From IMG/VR virus record IMGVR_UViG_3300042988_001200: DNA of 64,000 nt. One strand, 5' to 3'. Position 1 is the stretch's first letter, and every line of letters starts with the position of its first letter. Shown piece after piece: positions 9,977 to 19,188 of the stretch. The position numbers were made by a program, and so were the translations under genes. Origin of the DNA: a virus (taxonomy: Duplodnaviria > Caudoviricetes). The notes beneath the pieces are model-generated. The model was not told the DNA's origin. It ran no database searches and was given only the letters and a program-made list of their open reading frames with translations.

Positions 9977-10184
9977 ATCTTTTTTTTAGATTATTAATTT
10001 CTATATCTTCTGTTGGGTTATTAATAAGAGATTGGAATGCGGGTATAGGAATATTTCCCTTTTCGTAGTATTGACATATACTAAGAGCGTTTACTTTACT
10101 ATTAGTAGAAGTAATCTCATCTCCCCTTATAATATAGAAGATTCCACTGTTATATAATATCTCCGTTCCATATGTTAATCTCAT
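9966..10184 (-). CDS. Hypothetical protein
   Basis: 72-aa ORF. Confidence 0.5.
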   Translation of the reverse strand: MRLTYGTEILYNSGIFYIIRGDEITSTNSKVNALSICQYYEKGNIPIPAFQSLINNPTEDIEINNLKKRYGI

Positions 10185-10519
10185 TATTTTCTTTTTTTAT
10201 TAGAGTTCTAATTGTAGAAGCTATAGCTAATCTTACTACTAATACATATATATTTGAACCATATAGACAATGGATTGAAAGACTAGAGAGCTATATAAGT
10301 AAGTACACCGGTGATAAATTAACTTACTCTGTAAATTGTCACCTGTGTACTAGCACTCAGATTAGTTTAATAATTAATCTTACTTATTTATTAGATACTA
10401 ATCTTTATATATATATAGGTCTATCTATCCTTATGGGTAGAATCTCTTATGTAATTCATAATCTATATGAAGTTTTACCTAAGTTAAATACTTTTTTATT
10501 AATAAAAATGAATAAGTAA
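10172..10519 (+). CDS. Small membrane protein with CxxC (DUF1360-like)
   Basis: Hydrophobic segments flanking NCHLCTS. Confidence 0.45.
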   Translation: MLISLFSFFIRVLIVEAIANLTTNTYIFEPYRQWIERLESYISKYTGDKLTYSVNCHLCTSTQISLIINLTYLLDTNLYIYIGLSILMGRISYVIHNLYEVLPKLNTFLLIKMNK

Positions 10520-10520
10520 A

Positions 10521-11096
10521 CTAGTATAGAATCTGTTGCTGAATGTTCAAGAATTTAAGGTTTTTGCCATTACCTATAGCCAAAACATAATCCTCCGGTT
10601 TATATTTCTCTATAAAAGATTCACTATTAGGATTATCATATTCGTCCTTTATCCTAGTTAAAGCAGCTTCAAAACTAGTTTCTGTTCCTAGAAATTTCAT
10701 CTTAGGACCATAGAATATAGCAACTGGAGCCTCTTTTGTATTTTTATAATTTAATTTCCATTGATGTTTAGCTGGACTAATACACCAATTATCCTCATCT
10801 GGGTCTATAGGTTGAATATACAGAGTATTATTTTTAAACCAGAAACTTTTTAATCTAATAGCAAAAGTATTAGTTTCTATACACAGTAACTCTTCTAATA
10901 TTCTCTTCTGAGCTTTATTTAGACTTAAGAAACATCTAGTACCCTCCCATTGTTTACCTTTACCTTCAATATTTATAGCTCTTAATGTATTTTCTTGACT
11001 GGATATATAACATAACTTACTCTCAATAAACTCATCTTCAGCTTTGTAATATTCAAAAAAGAGTCTAACTAATACAATAGAATAAAAGGATTTCAT
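10521..11096 (-). CDS. Hypothetical protein
   Basis: 191-aa ORF. Confidence 0.65.
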   Translation of the reverse strand: MKSFYSIVLVRLFFEYYKAEDEFIESKLCYISSQENTLRAINIEGKGKQWEGTRCFLSLNKAQKRILEELLCIETNTFAIRLKSFWFKNNTLYIQPIDPDEDNWCISPAKHQWKLNYKNTKEAPVAIFYGPKMKFLGTETSFEAALTRIKDEYDNPNSESFIEKYKPEDYVLAIGNGKNLKFLNIQQQILY

Positions 11097-11128
11097 GTTT
11101 CTTATCTCTTATAGTTTTTACTAATTTA

Positions 11129-11176
11129 ATAGATTTATTCTTTTCTTAATAAAAATATAGTAAAGAATAAATCTAT
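11129..11176. terminator. 15-bp perfect inverted repeat
   Basis: ATAGATTTATTCTTT-18nt-AAAGAATAAATCTAT. Confidence 0.55.
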
Positions 11177-11181
11177 AATTT

Positions 11182-11421
11182 TTAATTACAACAAACAGAA
11201 AGAATATTAAACACTTGAGTTAATTCAATACTTTTAGTAGACAAAAGGTCTAGATTAATTCTGATAGCACTATCTTTTTTTAAAGATAAGTTCCCATATT
11301 GAGCTAATAACTCTACAAATTTATCCTCTTTAAAGTTATAAGGAGGATTGAACTCTACTTTTAAACTATTGATATCTCTATTAACAGCATCTGGATAATT
11401 AATTGATATATTAATATTCAT
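11182..11421 (-). CDS. Hypothetical protein
   Basis: 79-aa ORF. Confidence 0.5.
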   Translation of the reverse strand: MNINISINYPDAVNRDINSLKVEFNPPYNFKEDKFVELLAQYGNLSLKKDSAIRINLDLLSTKSIELTQVFNILSVCCN

Positions 11422-11422
11422 A

Positions 11423-11920
11423 TTATTTACTTAGATTTAACTCTTCTAATTTAACATTAAATTCTTTATTATAATCACTTAGGTCTTTACCAGTTTTATA
11501 TAAAAGGGTAATTCCAATAGCTTTTATAATTTCATTTATTACCTCTTTTGTTATAAAACCTAACTCTTTTTCTATGTCCTCCTTATATTCTCTATATAAA
11601 TTTTCTATCTCTTTTTTTAAATCTTCTATTTTCTCAATAGCTTTAACCCTTTTTCTATTCTTTAATAAAGGTACAAGGATATCATTACATAAAGAATAAC
11701 AAATGATTACATACTCCTCTTTCTCTAATTCCTCTCTTTTATATATCCTCTTTCCTATATCTTTTAATAGTTCTTTATTCTTTACTAATGGAAACTTAAA
11801 GTTTAATTCCTTTTCTATATACTTATAAGTCTCAATAATTTGTAATGTTAAATATACATCATCCTTTATTGAACCTTTATAATCTATATCTATCTTGTCA
11901 TATATAAAACTACTTAACAT
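11423..11920 (-). CDS. Hypothetical helical protein
   Basis: 165-aa ORF. Confidence 0.6.
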   Translation of the reverse strand: MLSSFIYDKIDIDYKGSIKDDVYLTLQIIETYKYIEKELNFKFPLVKNKELLKDIGKRIYKREELEKEEYVIICYSLCNDILVPLLKNRKRVKAIEKIEDLKKEIENLYREYKEDIEKELGFITKEVINEIIKAIGITLLYKTGKDLSDYNKEFNVKLEELNLSK

Positions 11921-11928
11921 AATGTCCG

Positions 11929-11971
11929 TAGGATAGATTCTTATTTATTCTATCATTCAGAATCTATCCTA
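11929..11971. terminator. 13-bp stem hairpin after M23 gene
   Basis: TAGGATAGATTCT-17nt-AGAATCTATCCTA. Confidence 0.55.
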
Positions 11972-11978
11972 GACACTA

Positions 11979-12635
11979 TCATCTTAAAAGTCTCTCTAAT
12001 AACTCTTTACTAGGAGGTACAAAGATTCTATTGTTGCTTCCTCTTTTTATAGTTATAGAAATATGAGCATGAGGACCTGTAGTAGCTGTACCTGTATTGC
12101 CAGATAAACCTATTAATTCCCCTTTATTGAAACATTTAGAAGCATGGGTTACTCCTATAGTAATAACAGCATCCTCTACTTTTGTAGATATCCTACAAGT
12201 TAAACCCCCTAGTACAGAATTAGAAAAAGAAAAAGACCATTTTACATTAGGAGTTTTAGGTACATAAATAGGGGTTCCTATTGGAGTATTTATATCTACC
12301 CCTAAATGATTACTAGAAGCTCCAGTAATAGGGCTAACTCTTCTACCAAAAGGGGAAGTTATTATATAACTATTAATCCTTACCCCTTTTCTAGGACCAA
12401 CTTTATCTGTGAATAAATCTATAACGCCTTTACTACTAAGAGTTATATCTTTTGAATTAACGCTTTTTTCTTCTTTAATAACCTCTTTGCTAGAAGAGAA
12501 TAATAAAGGTCTAAGACTATATTCTATTTGTTTATTTACACTGTCAAATAACAGATTACTTATAAGTAAAGTAAATAGTAGATAGAATATTAAATCAGAG
12601 GGAGATATTTTTAATAGATTCCATTTCTTTTCCAT
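11979..12635 (-). CDS. M23 family peptidoglycan endopeptidase with N-terminal membrane anchor
   Basis: ITSPFG, HLGVD (HxxxD), SGNTG, GPHAH (HxH). Confidence 0.85.
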   Translation of the reverse strand: MEKKWNLLKISPSDLIFYLLFTLLISNLLFDSVNKQIEYSLRPLLFSSSKEVIKEEKSVNSKDITLSSKGVIDLFTDKVGPRKGVRINSYIITSPFGRRVSPITGASSNHLGVDINTPIGTPIYVPKTPNVKWSFSFSNSVLGGLTCRISTKVEDAVITIGVTHASKCFNKGELIGLSGNTGTATTGPHAHISITIKRGSNNRIFVPPSKELLERLLR

Positions 12636-12954
12636 TAGGTTTAGTTACCCCTTCAATAATACCTTTATAAGTCTCCCAGATATAAGTATTTCCTTTTATA
12701 GAGCAGGGGGACCCTAGAATGGATTCTAATTCTTTAACTTCAATAGATTTCTTATGTCTAATAAAAGAGAACAGATGGTTAACCTGTTCTAGAGATAAGG
12801 TAAGACAAGATGAGGAATCACCTCCCTTATAAAAATAGCTAATAGATTGATTATAGAAAGAGGTAAGAAATCTATAAGATAACTTACCCCTACCAGGAAC
12901 TTGACTATCAGCTATTAATATAAGAATAATAAGAATATAGCTTATAACTCTCAT
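12595..12954 (-). CDS. Putative exported protein
   Basis: Signal-like N-terminus; ELESILGSP. Confidence 0.5.
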   Translation of the reverse strand: MRVISYILIILILIADSQVPGRGKLSYRFLTSFYNQSISYFYKGGDSSSCLTLSLEQVNHLFSFIRHKKSIEVKELESILGSPCSIKGNTYIWETYKGIIEGVTKPNGKEMESIKNISL

Positions 12955-12955
12955 A

Positions 12956-13426
12956 TTATCTTTTTTTGTTTACTACTTCTATAAATCTTTGTTTTATTAT
13001 TTCTTGTTCCCTTTTATCTTTACCTACTCCAGACACTTGTCTCATGCCTATTTCTTTAATACCTTCTCTTAATAGTTCTCCACTATTAGAAGCAGTAGAG
13101 AGAGTAGGGGAAGAACTCTCTGGAACAAATCCACCAAATAGAAGGCTTAATCCAAATACTATAGTCATGGGTATAACCCATACGTATATAACTATAATTG
13201 CACATATATCTTTCCAATTCCTTTTAGGGTTCTTTAAAGTATAAAGAATAAGAAGAATGGATAAATCAAAGGTTAAAGGCTCTGAAGATTCTTTAACTAT
13301 CTTTCTAATTTGTTCAATACTGGTATTATTGGAATTACTCATATTACTCCTGTTCTTTTCTTTATTATTATCCTTATTTGAGCTATTCTCCAATGTCTGT
13401 ATAGGTGTTATCGTTGGGTTTCCCAT
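12956..13426 (-). CDS. Membrane protein
   Basis: Two hydrophobic segments. Confidence 0.55.
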   Translation of the reverse strand: MGNPTITPIQTLENSSNKDNNKEKNRSNMSNSNNTSIEQIRKIVKESSEPLTFDLSILLILYTLKNPKRNWKDICAIIVIYVWVIPMTIVFGLSLLFGGFVPESSSPTLSTASNSGELLREGIKEIGMRQVSGVGKDKREQEIIKQRFIEVVNKKR

Positions 13427-13652
13427 TAGTCTTTAATATAAGAAATAAAGTATAACTAAAGGATAAGAGAATAAGTCCAGGAGATAATATTCTACTATAT
13501 GAAGGTGGACCTATTTTTACACTATTAATCTTAAGATTAGATGATACATCTTCTACTATAGGTAAAGGTTTATTAACTGTATGTACAACTATAAGAACTA
13601 AAATAGCTAATAGAAAATTAAATAAACTACTAATCACTGCTCCACTCTTCAT
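13383..13652 (-). CDS. Small two-TM protein (holin-like candidate)
   Basis: Two TM-like stretches near an M23 gene. Confidence 0.35.
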   Translation of the reverse strand: MKSGAVISSLFNFLLAILVLIVVHTVNKPLPIVEDVSSNLKINSVKIGPPSYSRILSPGLILLSFSYTLFLILKTNGKPNDNTYTDIGE

Positions 13653-14199
13653 CGTTTTTTAACTCTGTTAATTTACCTTCTAAATCTAATCTGTTTAATT
13701 CTACATTTAGTTTCTTTGTAGCCTCCAAATGTAATCTAATCTGCTCATTATTTAAATCTAAGCCAGAAGTGGAATTACTTCCCTTTACTAAAGCTCTAGA
13801 CTTAAATAATATATTAAATAGACTCTCCTCTTCTTCTGTTTCTTTAGCCTCTTTTATAAGCCCTTCTAAAAATATTGAATGACATTGATTAATAGAAAGT
13901 TTATAACAAGGACTCTTAGGATTTTTAGAGTTGTTTACAGCTATACTTATCGTACTTTGATATTTCTTAGCTTCTCTAGCTTTATTAAAATATTCATTCC
14001 AAAGATTAAACTGAGTTATAGCTTCTTTTATATTCTTCTTGGAATAGTTTGGATCTATTAACCAATTAGGGTCAAGTATCTTTGTTTCTTCTGGATAGTA
14101 ATAAGTTACTTTGTTGAAGGCTCTTATAAAAAGAACAGCACTAATACTATTTATCAATAAAGAAATTACAATGGAAAATATGAATAAATTTCTTTTCAT
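13630..14199 (-). CDS. Membrane-anchored hypothetical protein
   Basis: N-terminal signal anchor. Confidence 0.55.
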   Translation of the reverse strand: MKRNLFIFSIVISLLINSISAVLFIRAFNKVTYYYPEETKILDPNWLIDPNYSKKNIKEAITQFNLWNEYFNKAREAKKYQSTISIAVNNSKNPKSPCYKLSINQCHSIFLEGLIKEAKETEEEESLFNILFKSRALVKGSNSTSGLDLNNEQIRLHLEATKKLNVELNRLDLEGKLTELKNDEEWSSD

Positions 14200-14220
14200 T
14201 TATTTCACTTTATATGAAAC

Positions 14221-15210
14221 TTAAACAAAGTCAATAACACTAATATAAAGACTAGTTTTTAGAATAACTATAGCTCTGTTATAAAGTCTCCTTACCTCTT
14301 CTATTCCTATATTAAGAGTTTTTGATATAACTCTATAGGATTTATTCTTATTAGTCTCATCTAACCCATAGAATAATTTAATAACTTGTTTCATGTTCTC
14401 CTCTGGAAGTTTATCTATTAGTTTATCTATACACTCTCTTTTATTTACTTTTTCCATATAATTCTCTGGATTATATAAATCATCTTCTGGATGTGGCACT
14501 TTAATAATATCTAATAAGAATATATTTTCATGTTCTGTATTATTTCTAGGAGTATTTAATGAGATTATATTTTCATCTCTTGGTAAACTTTGAATTTCAT
14601 ATAACTTATCTCTAGATAAAATAATGCCTCTTTTTTTACCCTCTTTTATTATCTCCTGTAATAAGGGTTCTCTGTTTAATTCTTTTCTTAAATGTATTAA
14701 TATAGCGTTTATTTGACTATTTAACTTCTTTATATGAACAGGTATTTTTATATTCTTATGTTTATCTATACTATATCTAATACTCTGTTTAATCCAAGGA
14801 GTAGCATAAGTAGATAGTCTAGTCCCTTTATTAATATCAAACTTTTTTATAGCTTGTATTAACCCTATTACACCTTCTTGAATTAAATCCTCTATCCCTA
14901 ATTCACTCTTAAATAAATATCTCTTGGCTATTGATGCTATAAGTCTCTTATTTTTTTCTATTAATTCAACTTTATACTTCTCCTTCTTCCTTATCTCTAA
15001 TATACCCATCCTTAAGATTTCTTTATATAAACTAACTTGTTTTATAAGTATATCTAATCTATTATAAATTAGAATAGATTGATTTATTTCTTTTATAGAT
15101 AGATAGAATATATTAGTTTTAATAGAAAGGTAGTTATCTATAAGTATTAAACTCTTTATTTCTTTTATATGGTTTAACTCCTCTTCAGCCGTTAGTAAAA
15201 ATCTATTCAT
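14221..15210 (-). CDS. RNA polymerase sigma-70 family factor (RpoD/group 2-like)
   Basis: Region 2: NKRLIASIAKRY, DLIQEGVIGLIQAIKKFD..KGTRLSTYATPWIKQSI; region 4 HTH. Confidence 0.92.
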   Translation of the reverse strand: MNRFLLTAEEELNHIKEIKSLILIDNYLSIKTNIFYLSIKEINQSILIYNRLDILIKQVSLYKEILRMGILEIRKKEKYKVELIEKNKRLIASIAKRYLFKSELGIEDLIQEGVIGLIQAIKKFDINKGTRLSTYATPWIKQSIRYSIDKHKNIKIPVHIKKLNSQINAILIHLRKELNREPLLQEIIKEGKKRGIILSRDKLYEIQSLPRDENIISLNTPRNNTEHENIFLLDIIKVPHPEDDLYNPENYMEKVNKRECIDKLIDKLPEENMKQVIKLFYGLDETNKNKSYRVISKTLNIGIEEVRRLYNRAIVILKTSLYISVIDFV

Positions 15211-15260
15211 TTATTCATTTATATAGTTTATATTAGTTTTATATCATATGCTTAATTTAT

Positions 15261-15674
15261 ATGCTAAATAAAAAAGTGGTTACTCTTATTTGTTTTGATA
15301 AAGAAGGACAGGTTCTAGATGGTGAGCCTATTAATATAGAGGTCCAATCCTTTAATAAAAAGGAGATAGTAGATAAATCTAAGGATACTCTAGGAGATAT
15401 GGGCCTACCTATAGAAAATGTTTATAGTCCATCTTTAACATATTACCAATATGAAACAAAAGAAAAAGCTATGTTAGAAAGAACAATTATGCCTATTGTT
15501 ACTAAAGGCCAACCTCTTAAAGAAGGGTATAAATGGACTTTTATTAAAGATATGAGCACTGGTGATAAAGAAACTCTTATTAGAGCCTTTGAAGAAGTTT
15601 ATAAAGCTGGAGGTTTTCCTAATATGCTTAATCCGACTTTATATACAGATAAACTAATGCGTTCTAACTCTTAA
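15261..15674 (+). CDS. Hypothetical protein
   Basis: 137-aa ORF heading the groES/groEL-like unit. Confidence 0.6.
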   Translation: MLNKKVVTLICFDKEGQVLDGEPINIEVQSFNKKEIVDKSKDTLGDMGLPIENVYSPSLTYYQYETKEKAMLERTIMPIVTKGQPLKEGYKWTFIKDMSTGDKETLIRAFEEVYKAGGFPNMLNPTLYTDKLMRSNS

Positions 15675-15711
15675 TTTGTTATAATTTATTACAATTAATA
15701 TAGAGAATATT

Positions 15712-16035
15712 ATGCTAATAAAAACAAAAGAAGAGTTAGAATCAATGTCCTTAGTAGGAGAGTATATCCTTGTTAAGTTAAATAAAAAAGAAGGTAAGAG
15801 CCAGGGGGGTATATTTCTTCCTGATTCAGTAGTAGATAGAATTCCAATGGAGGAAGGTTTAGTAATCTCTATTGGTCCTGGATGGTTTAATGCTCAATCT
15901 AGTGCTTATGTACCAGTAGTATGTAATCCAGGGGATAATATAATCTTTAGCCCTTATGGTGAATTAAACTTTAAAACTCCAGAAGAAGAATTATATAAGA
16001 TTATCCCAGATAAATGTGTAAGAGCTATCCTTTAA
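15712..16035 (+). CDS. groES: Co-chaperonin GroES (Cpn10)
   Basis: YILVK, mobile loop KSQGGIFLPD, GLVISIGPG, GDNIIF. Confidence 0.88.
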   Translation: MLIKTKEELESMSLVGEYILVKLNKKEGKSQGGIFLPDSVVDRIPMEEGLVISIGPGWFNAQSSAYVPVVCNPGDNIIFSPYGELNFKTPEEELYKIIPDKCVRAIL

Positions 16036-16039
16036 TATT

Positions 16040-17248
16040 ATGATTTATAAGTTAGAGAAGTATAAAGTTATTAAAGTTTTAGAATCTATATTGGAAATTG
16101 TTAGTTTAAACACTAAAGGCTGGAGTATTAGTACAACTCTTAAACCTTTAACTCAAACTTCAACTCTATTAAATTCTATGGAGGATACCTTTATATCTAA
16201 AGATTCAATATATTATTTTATTATTCCTTTACTTTTGGATAATATAAGTAATCTTTATGATAAGTCTAAACTTTATATTTCTCTACTTATATATCTATAT
16301 AAGTATAAGGATAGTATTACTAATTGGGAGTTTAATGTAGAGACTTCTAGTAGTTTAAGAAGGTTAAATGGGGGTGATTTATATAACTTTATTAATGAAA
16401 GTAATGATAAGGATATATATAATCAATACCTTAAGGATATTCCAAGAGATAGTTTTATTCAATTTATAGAGGATAAAGAGCTTAAAGTTAAGATAATAAA
16501 GGGTTCTTATATAAGTGGAGAAACTGGTAATACCAATTTAATGGGAGTCTATGTACTAGTTTCTTATAGTGAACTAAAGGACTATAAAGGTCTATACCCT
16601 CTATGTGAGTATATAAAGAGTGTTAATAAATGCTTATTAATCATTAGTCCTGGTATTAGTAATGAAGTAAAAGACCTATTTGATAAGAACTTAAAGGGGG
16701 TTTGGACTTATATAAAGAACCAGGAAAACTATGATTTATATAAGGATTATGCTGCTATATGTGGCTCAGTTCTTATAGATTTACATAATGAGGTTAGTAT
16801 TAAACCCTATCATTTAGGTTATATAGAGGAGTTGAGTTGTAAGAGTTCATACTCTATAATTAAACCTTCTAGTAATGGTAATATAACTACAATTAATAGA
16901 TTAAATGATTTAGATAACTCTAATGAGAGTTTAAAAAGGAGAGCTAATATACTAGGACAGCTAGTATTCCTTTATGGAAACTCTTCTATTATGGAATATA
17001 GAATAGTGAATGACCTTATTTGTCTATTAAATAAGAGTAAATCTAACCTTTATATATTAGATAACGAGGTAGTTATTAAGGATAAAGATATAGATTGGTG
17101 TATTCAAAAAGCCATTAAGTTTTTATCAATAACCAATAAAGAGGCATATAATCTTATAGTTGATAGAGATGAAATGGATATTATAGTTAAGAAAGCTATT
17201 AGTTTAACTAATATGTTAGATTCTATAGAGTTTGTTATAAAGAAGTAA
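16040..17248 (+). CDS. Highly divergent, shortened GroEL-like protein
   Basis: Follows groES; apical-domain-like LYPLCE..KCLLIIS, KDYAAICG..I, LGYIEEL, LKRRANIL; lacks GPKG and GDGTTT. Confidence 0.6.
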   Translation: MIYKLEKYKVIKVLESILEIVSLNTKGWSISTTLKPLTQTSTLLNSMEDTFISKDSIYYFIIPLLLDNISNLYDKSKLYISLLIYLYKYKDSITNWEFNVETSSSLRRLNGGDLYNFINESNDKDIYNQYLKDIPRDSFIQFIEDKELKVKIIKGSYISGETGNTNLMGVYVLVSYSELKDYKGLYPLCEYIKSVNKCLLIISPGISNEVKDLFDKNLKGVWTYIKNQENYDLYKDYAAICGSVLIDLHNEVSIKPYHLGYIEELSCKSSYSIIKPSSNGNITTINRLNDLDNSNESLKRRANILGQLVFLYGNSSIMEYRIVNDLICLLNKSKSNLYILDNEVVIKDKDIDWCIQKAIKFLSITNKEAYNLIVDRDEMDIIVKKAISLTNMLDSIEFVIKK

Positions 17249-17657
17249 ATGTATTATTCTTATAATCTGATACGAAATAAATACTTGTTATTGGTATATC
17301 CAATAAAGAAACGTTACTAGTATTTCCACATTTAGTAACATTTTCTTTTATAGATAGGAATAAAGACTGTTCTCTAATATATAGATTATCTATAACAAAC
17401 TCTTGAATAGAGAAAGGAAAGTAACCTATTTTAATATTAAAAGGAGGTGGTAAATAGAATATAGAATATAAAAACTCTTGTATTGATATATATGAACCTA
17501 AATAAGACCCATATATTGTATTTATATAATCACCAATAATTATAGAATTAGGGTCATTCTGTCCTGTAATAAATAATAAAGAGGGTAATGACATAGCCTC
17601 TGAAATAAGAGGTTGACTATTAGATAATCCTAGTTTAATAGAAGAAATTACTGTCAT
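17235..17657 (-). CDS. Hypothetical protein
   Basis: 140-aa ORF. Confidence 0.55.
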   Translation of the reverse strand: MTVISSIKLGLSNSQPLISEAMSLPSLLFITGQNDPNSIIIGDYINTIYGSYLGSYISIQEFLYSIFYLPPPFNIKIGYFPFSIQEFVIDNLYIREQSLFLSIKENVTKCGNTSNVSLLDIPITSIYFVSDYKNNTFTSL

Positions 17658-17658
17658 A

Positions 17659-18168
17659 TTAAATTAAAGTAGATAGCCTAGATAACGATTTAAACCCTAT
17701 AACCTTTAGTTCATTCCGATAAGTAAGACCAATAAAGCAAACTATTGGGTAATCTGGAGCCCAGAACATATCTAAAGAGTTACAGAAACTTATTAGTTTA
17801 GGGTTATTAGTGCATCTATATACTTTTATTTCATTAAGAGAGTTGTAAGTATTTTTATATATTTTAGTAAGTTTACCTTCTATAAATGTAGCTAAGTATA
17901 GTTTATTCCATTTATAAGGTGGAGCTATAGAGAAAACTTTTTCATCTGGATATTTATTAATGAAATCTAATATCCCAGTAGTATGGATAATCTCTCCAAT
18001 ATTTATATCTTTAGAGGTTCTAATAAATATATAGTCTCTTATAGAAATGCTATTAACCTTAGATATAAATTTACTAGAAGATACGTCTTGAGAATCAAAG
18101 TTCCATATTACTGGGTGTAACTTGTCCTTTATGTAATAGTAATAATCAAATATAGATAAAGATTGCAT
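17659..18168 (-). CDS. Hypothetical protein
   Basis: 169-aa ORF. Confidence 0.6.
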   Translation of the reverse strand: MQSLSIFDYYYYIKDKLHPVIWNFDSQDVSSSKFISKVNSISIRDYIFIRTSKDINIGEIIHTTGILDFINKYPDEKVFSIAPPYKWNKLYLATFIEGKLTKIYKNTYNSLNEIKVYRCTNNPKLISFCNSLDMFWAPDYPIVCFIGLTYRNELKVIGFKSLSRLSTLI

Positions 18169-18178
18169 ATATATAATA

Positions 18179-18215
18179 AATAAACCTTTTTATATTATAA
18201 ATAAAAAGGTTTATT
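18179..18215. terminator. 15-bp stem hairpin
   Basis: AATAAACCTTTTTAT-7nt-ATAAAAAGGTTTATT. Confidence 0.65.
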
Positions 18216-18231
18216 AGAAGAGATTAAATAT

Positions 18232-18600
18232 TTATACTCTACCTATATATACTAATTTAGGGTTATTAAAAGTAGTAACTGGTAAGAATGAACTATAGGA
18301 TTCCTTTCTTTTAAATAGTCTGGATACTACTAAATCTTCACCTAGTACAGCTTTAGCACTAAGTATTAAGGCTTCAATAAGAAATTCTATATCATTGATA
18401 TGGTTAAAAGAGGTAGTTATAGCATACTCTTTTTTATTATTAAGGAATGGAAATTCTTCAATAGACTCTATATTAACTTTAAAGTATTCAGATAGATAAT
18501 TAGCTATTTCCTTATCTTCAAATAGAGAGTTTAACGAAGGTTCAATCCAGGATAGCAATAGAATATTTGATTCAACGATAGTTTTAACAAAGAGTTTCAT
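18232..18600 (-). CDS. Hypothetical protein
   Basis: 122-aa ORF. Confidence 0.55.
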   Translation of the reverse strand: MKLFVKTIVESNILLLSWIEPSLNSLFEDKEIANYLSEYFKVNIESIEEFPFLNNKKEYAITTSFNHINDIEFLIEALILSAKAVLGEDLVVSRLFKRKESYSSFLPVTTFNNPKLVYIGRV

Positions 18601-18621
18601 ATACTTATATTTGATTAAAGG

Positions 18622-19188
18622 TTAAAATGATTTCCATTGAATAGACAACTCCCCTACAGAATTATCTAAGGATAAGAAGTTACATAGCTTAATATCTAGA
18701 GTTTTCTTATAGCTAAAGGGCATTTTCCTATATGTAGGAAGACCTAATAACTCTAGAAGTCTACATTTATCATATTCTATTAGGGAAGTCACTAAGACTT
18801 TGTTTACATGTATCTCAATAGGTATAGTTTTATCTTCTCCAATAACATCTCCTTTTTTATTAATAAAGTAACACCAATCTATTTCATGGTCATCTAAAAA
18901 AGATACTTCAATAGTTGATTTATGTCTAGTAATAGCTTTACTACTAGAAGTATTTCTAATATGTCTCCCTTTAGGATAGGGGGATTCTATATTTATATGG
19001 TCCTCTAGTTTATAATAACACCACTCATCTATAGAATTACTATTAGAGATAAATCTAGTAGTTTTACTATCATCTGACCATTTCCATATATCTAAAATAT
19101 TATGAATAGTCTGTGAAGAGTTAGCCTTCACATAATGAGTTAGGACATCACCTCCAAGTAAGTTATAAGTTATTGATACAAATTTCAT
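18622..19188 (-). CDS. Hypothetical protein
   Basis: 188-aa ORF. Confidence 0.6.
   Translation of the reverse strand: MKFVSITYNLLGGDVLTHYVKANSSQTIHNILDIWKWSDDSKTTRFISNSNSIDEWCYYKLEDHINIESPYPKGRHIRNTSSSKAITRHKSTIEVSFLDDHEIDWCYFINKKGDVIGEDKTIPIEIHVNKVLVTSLIEYDKCRLLELLGLPTYRKMPFSYKKTLDIKLCNFLSLDNSVGELSIQWKSF

Noticed and set aside
15675-15711. CIRCE/HrcA element before groES or hsp20
   Set aside because: No TTAGCACTC-N9-GAGTGCTAA match here or at 27990-28090.
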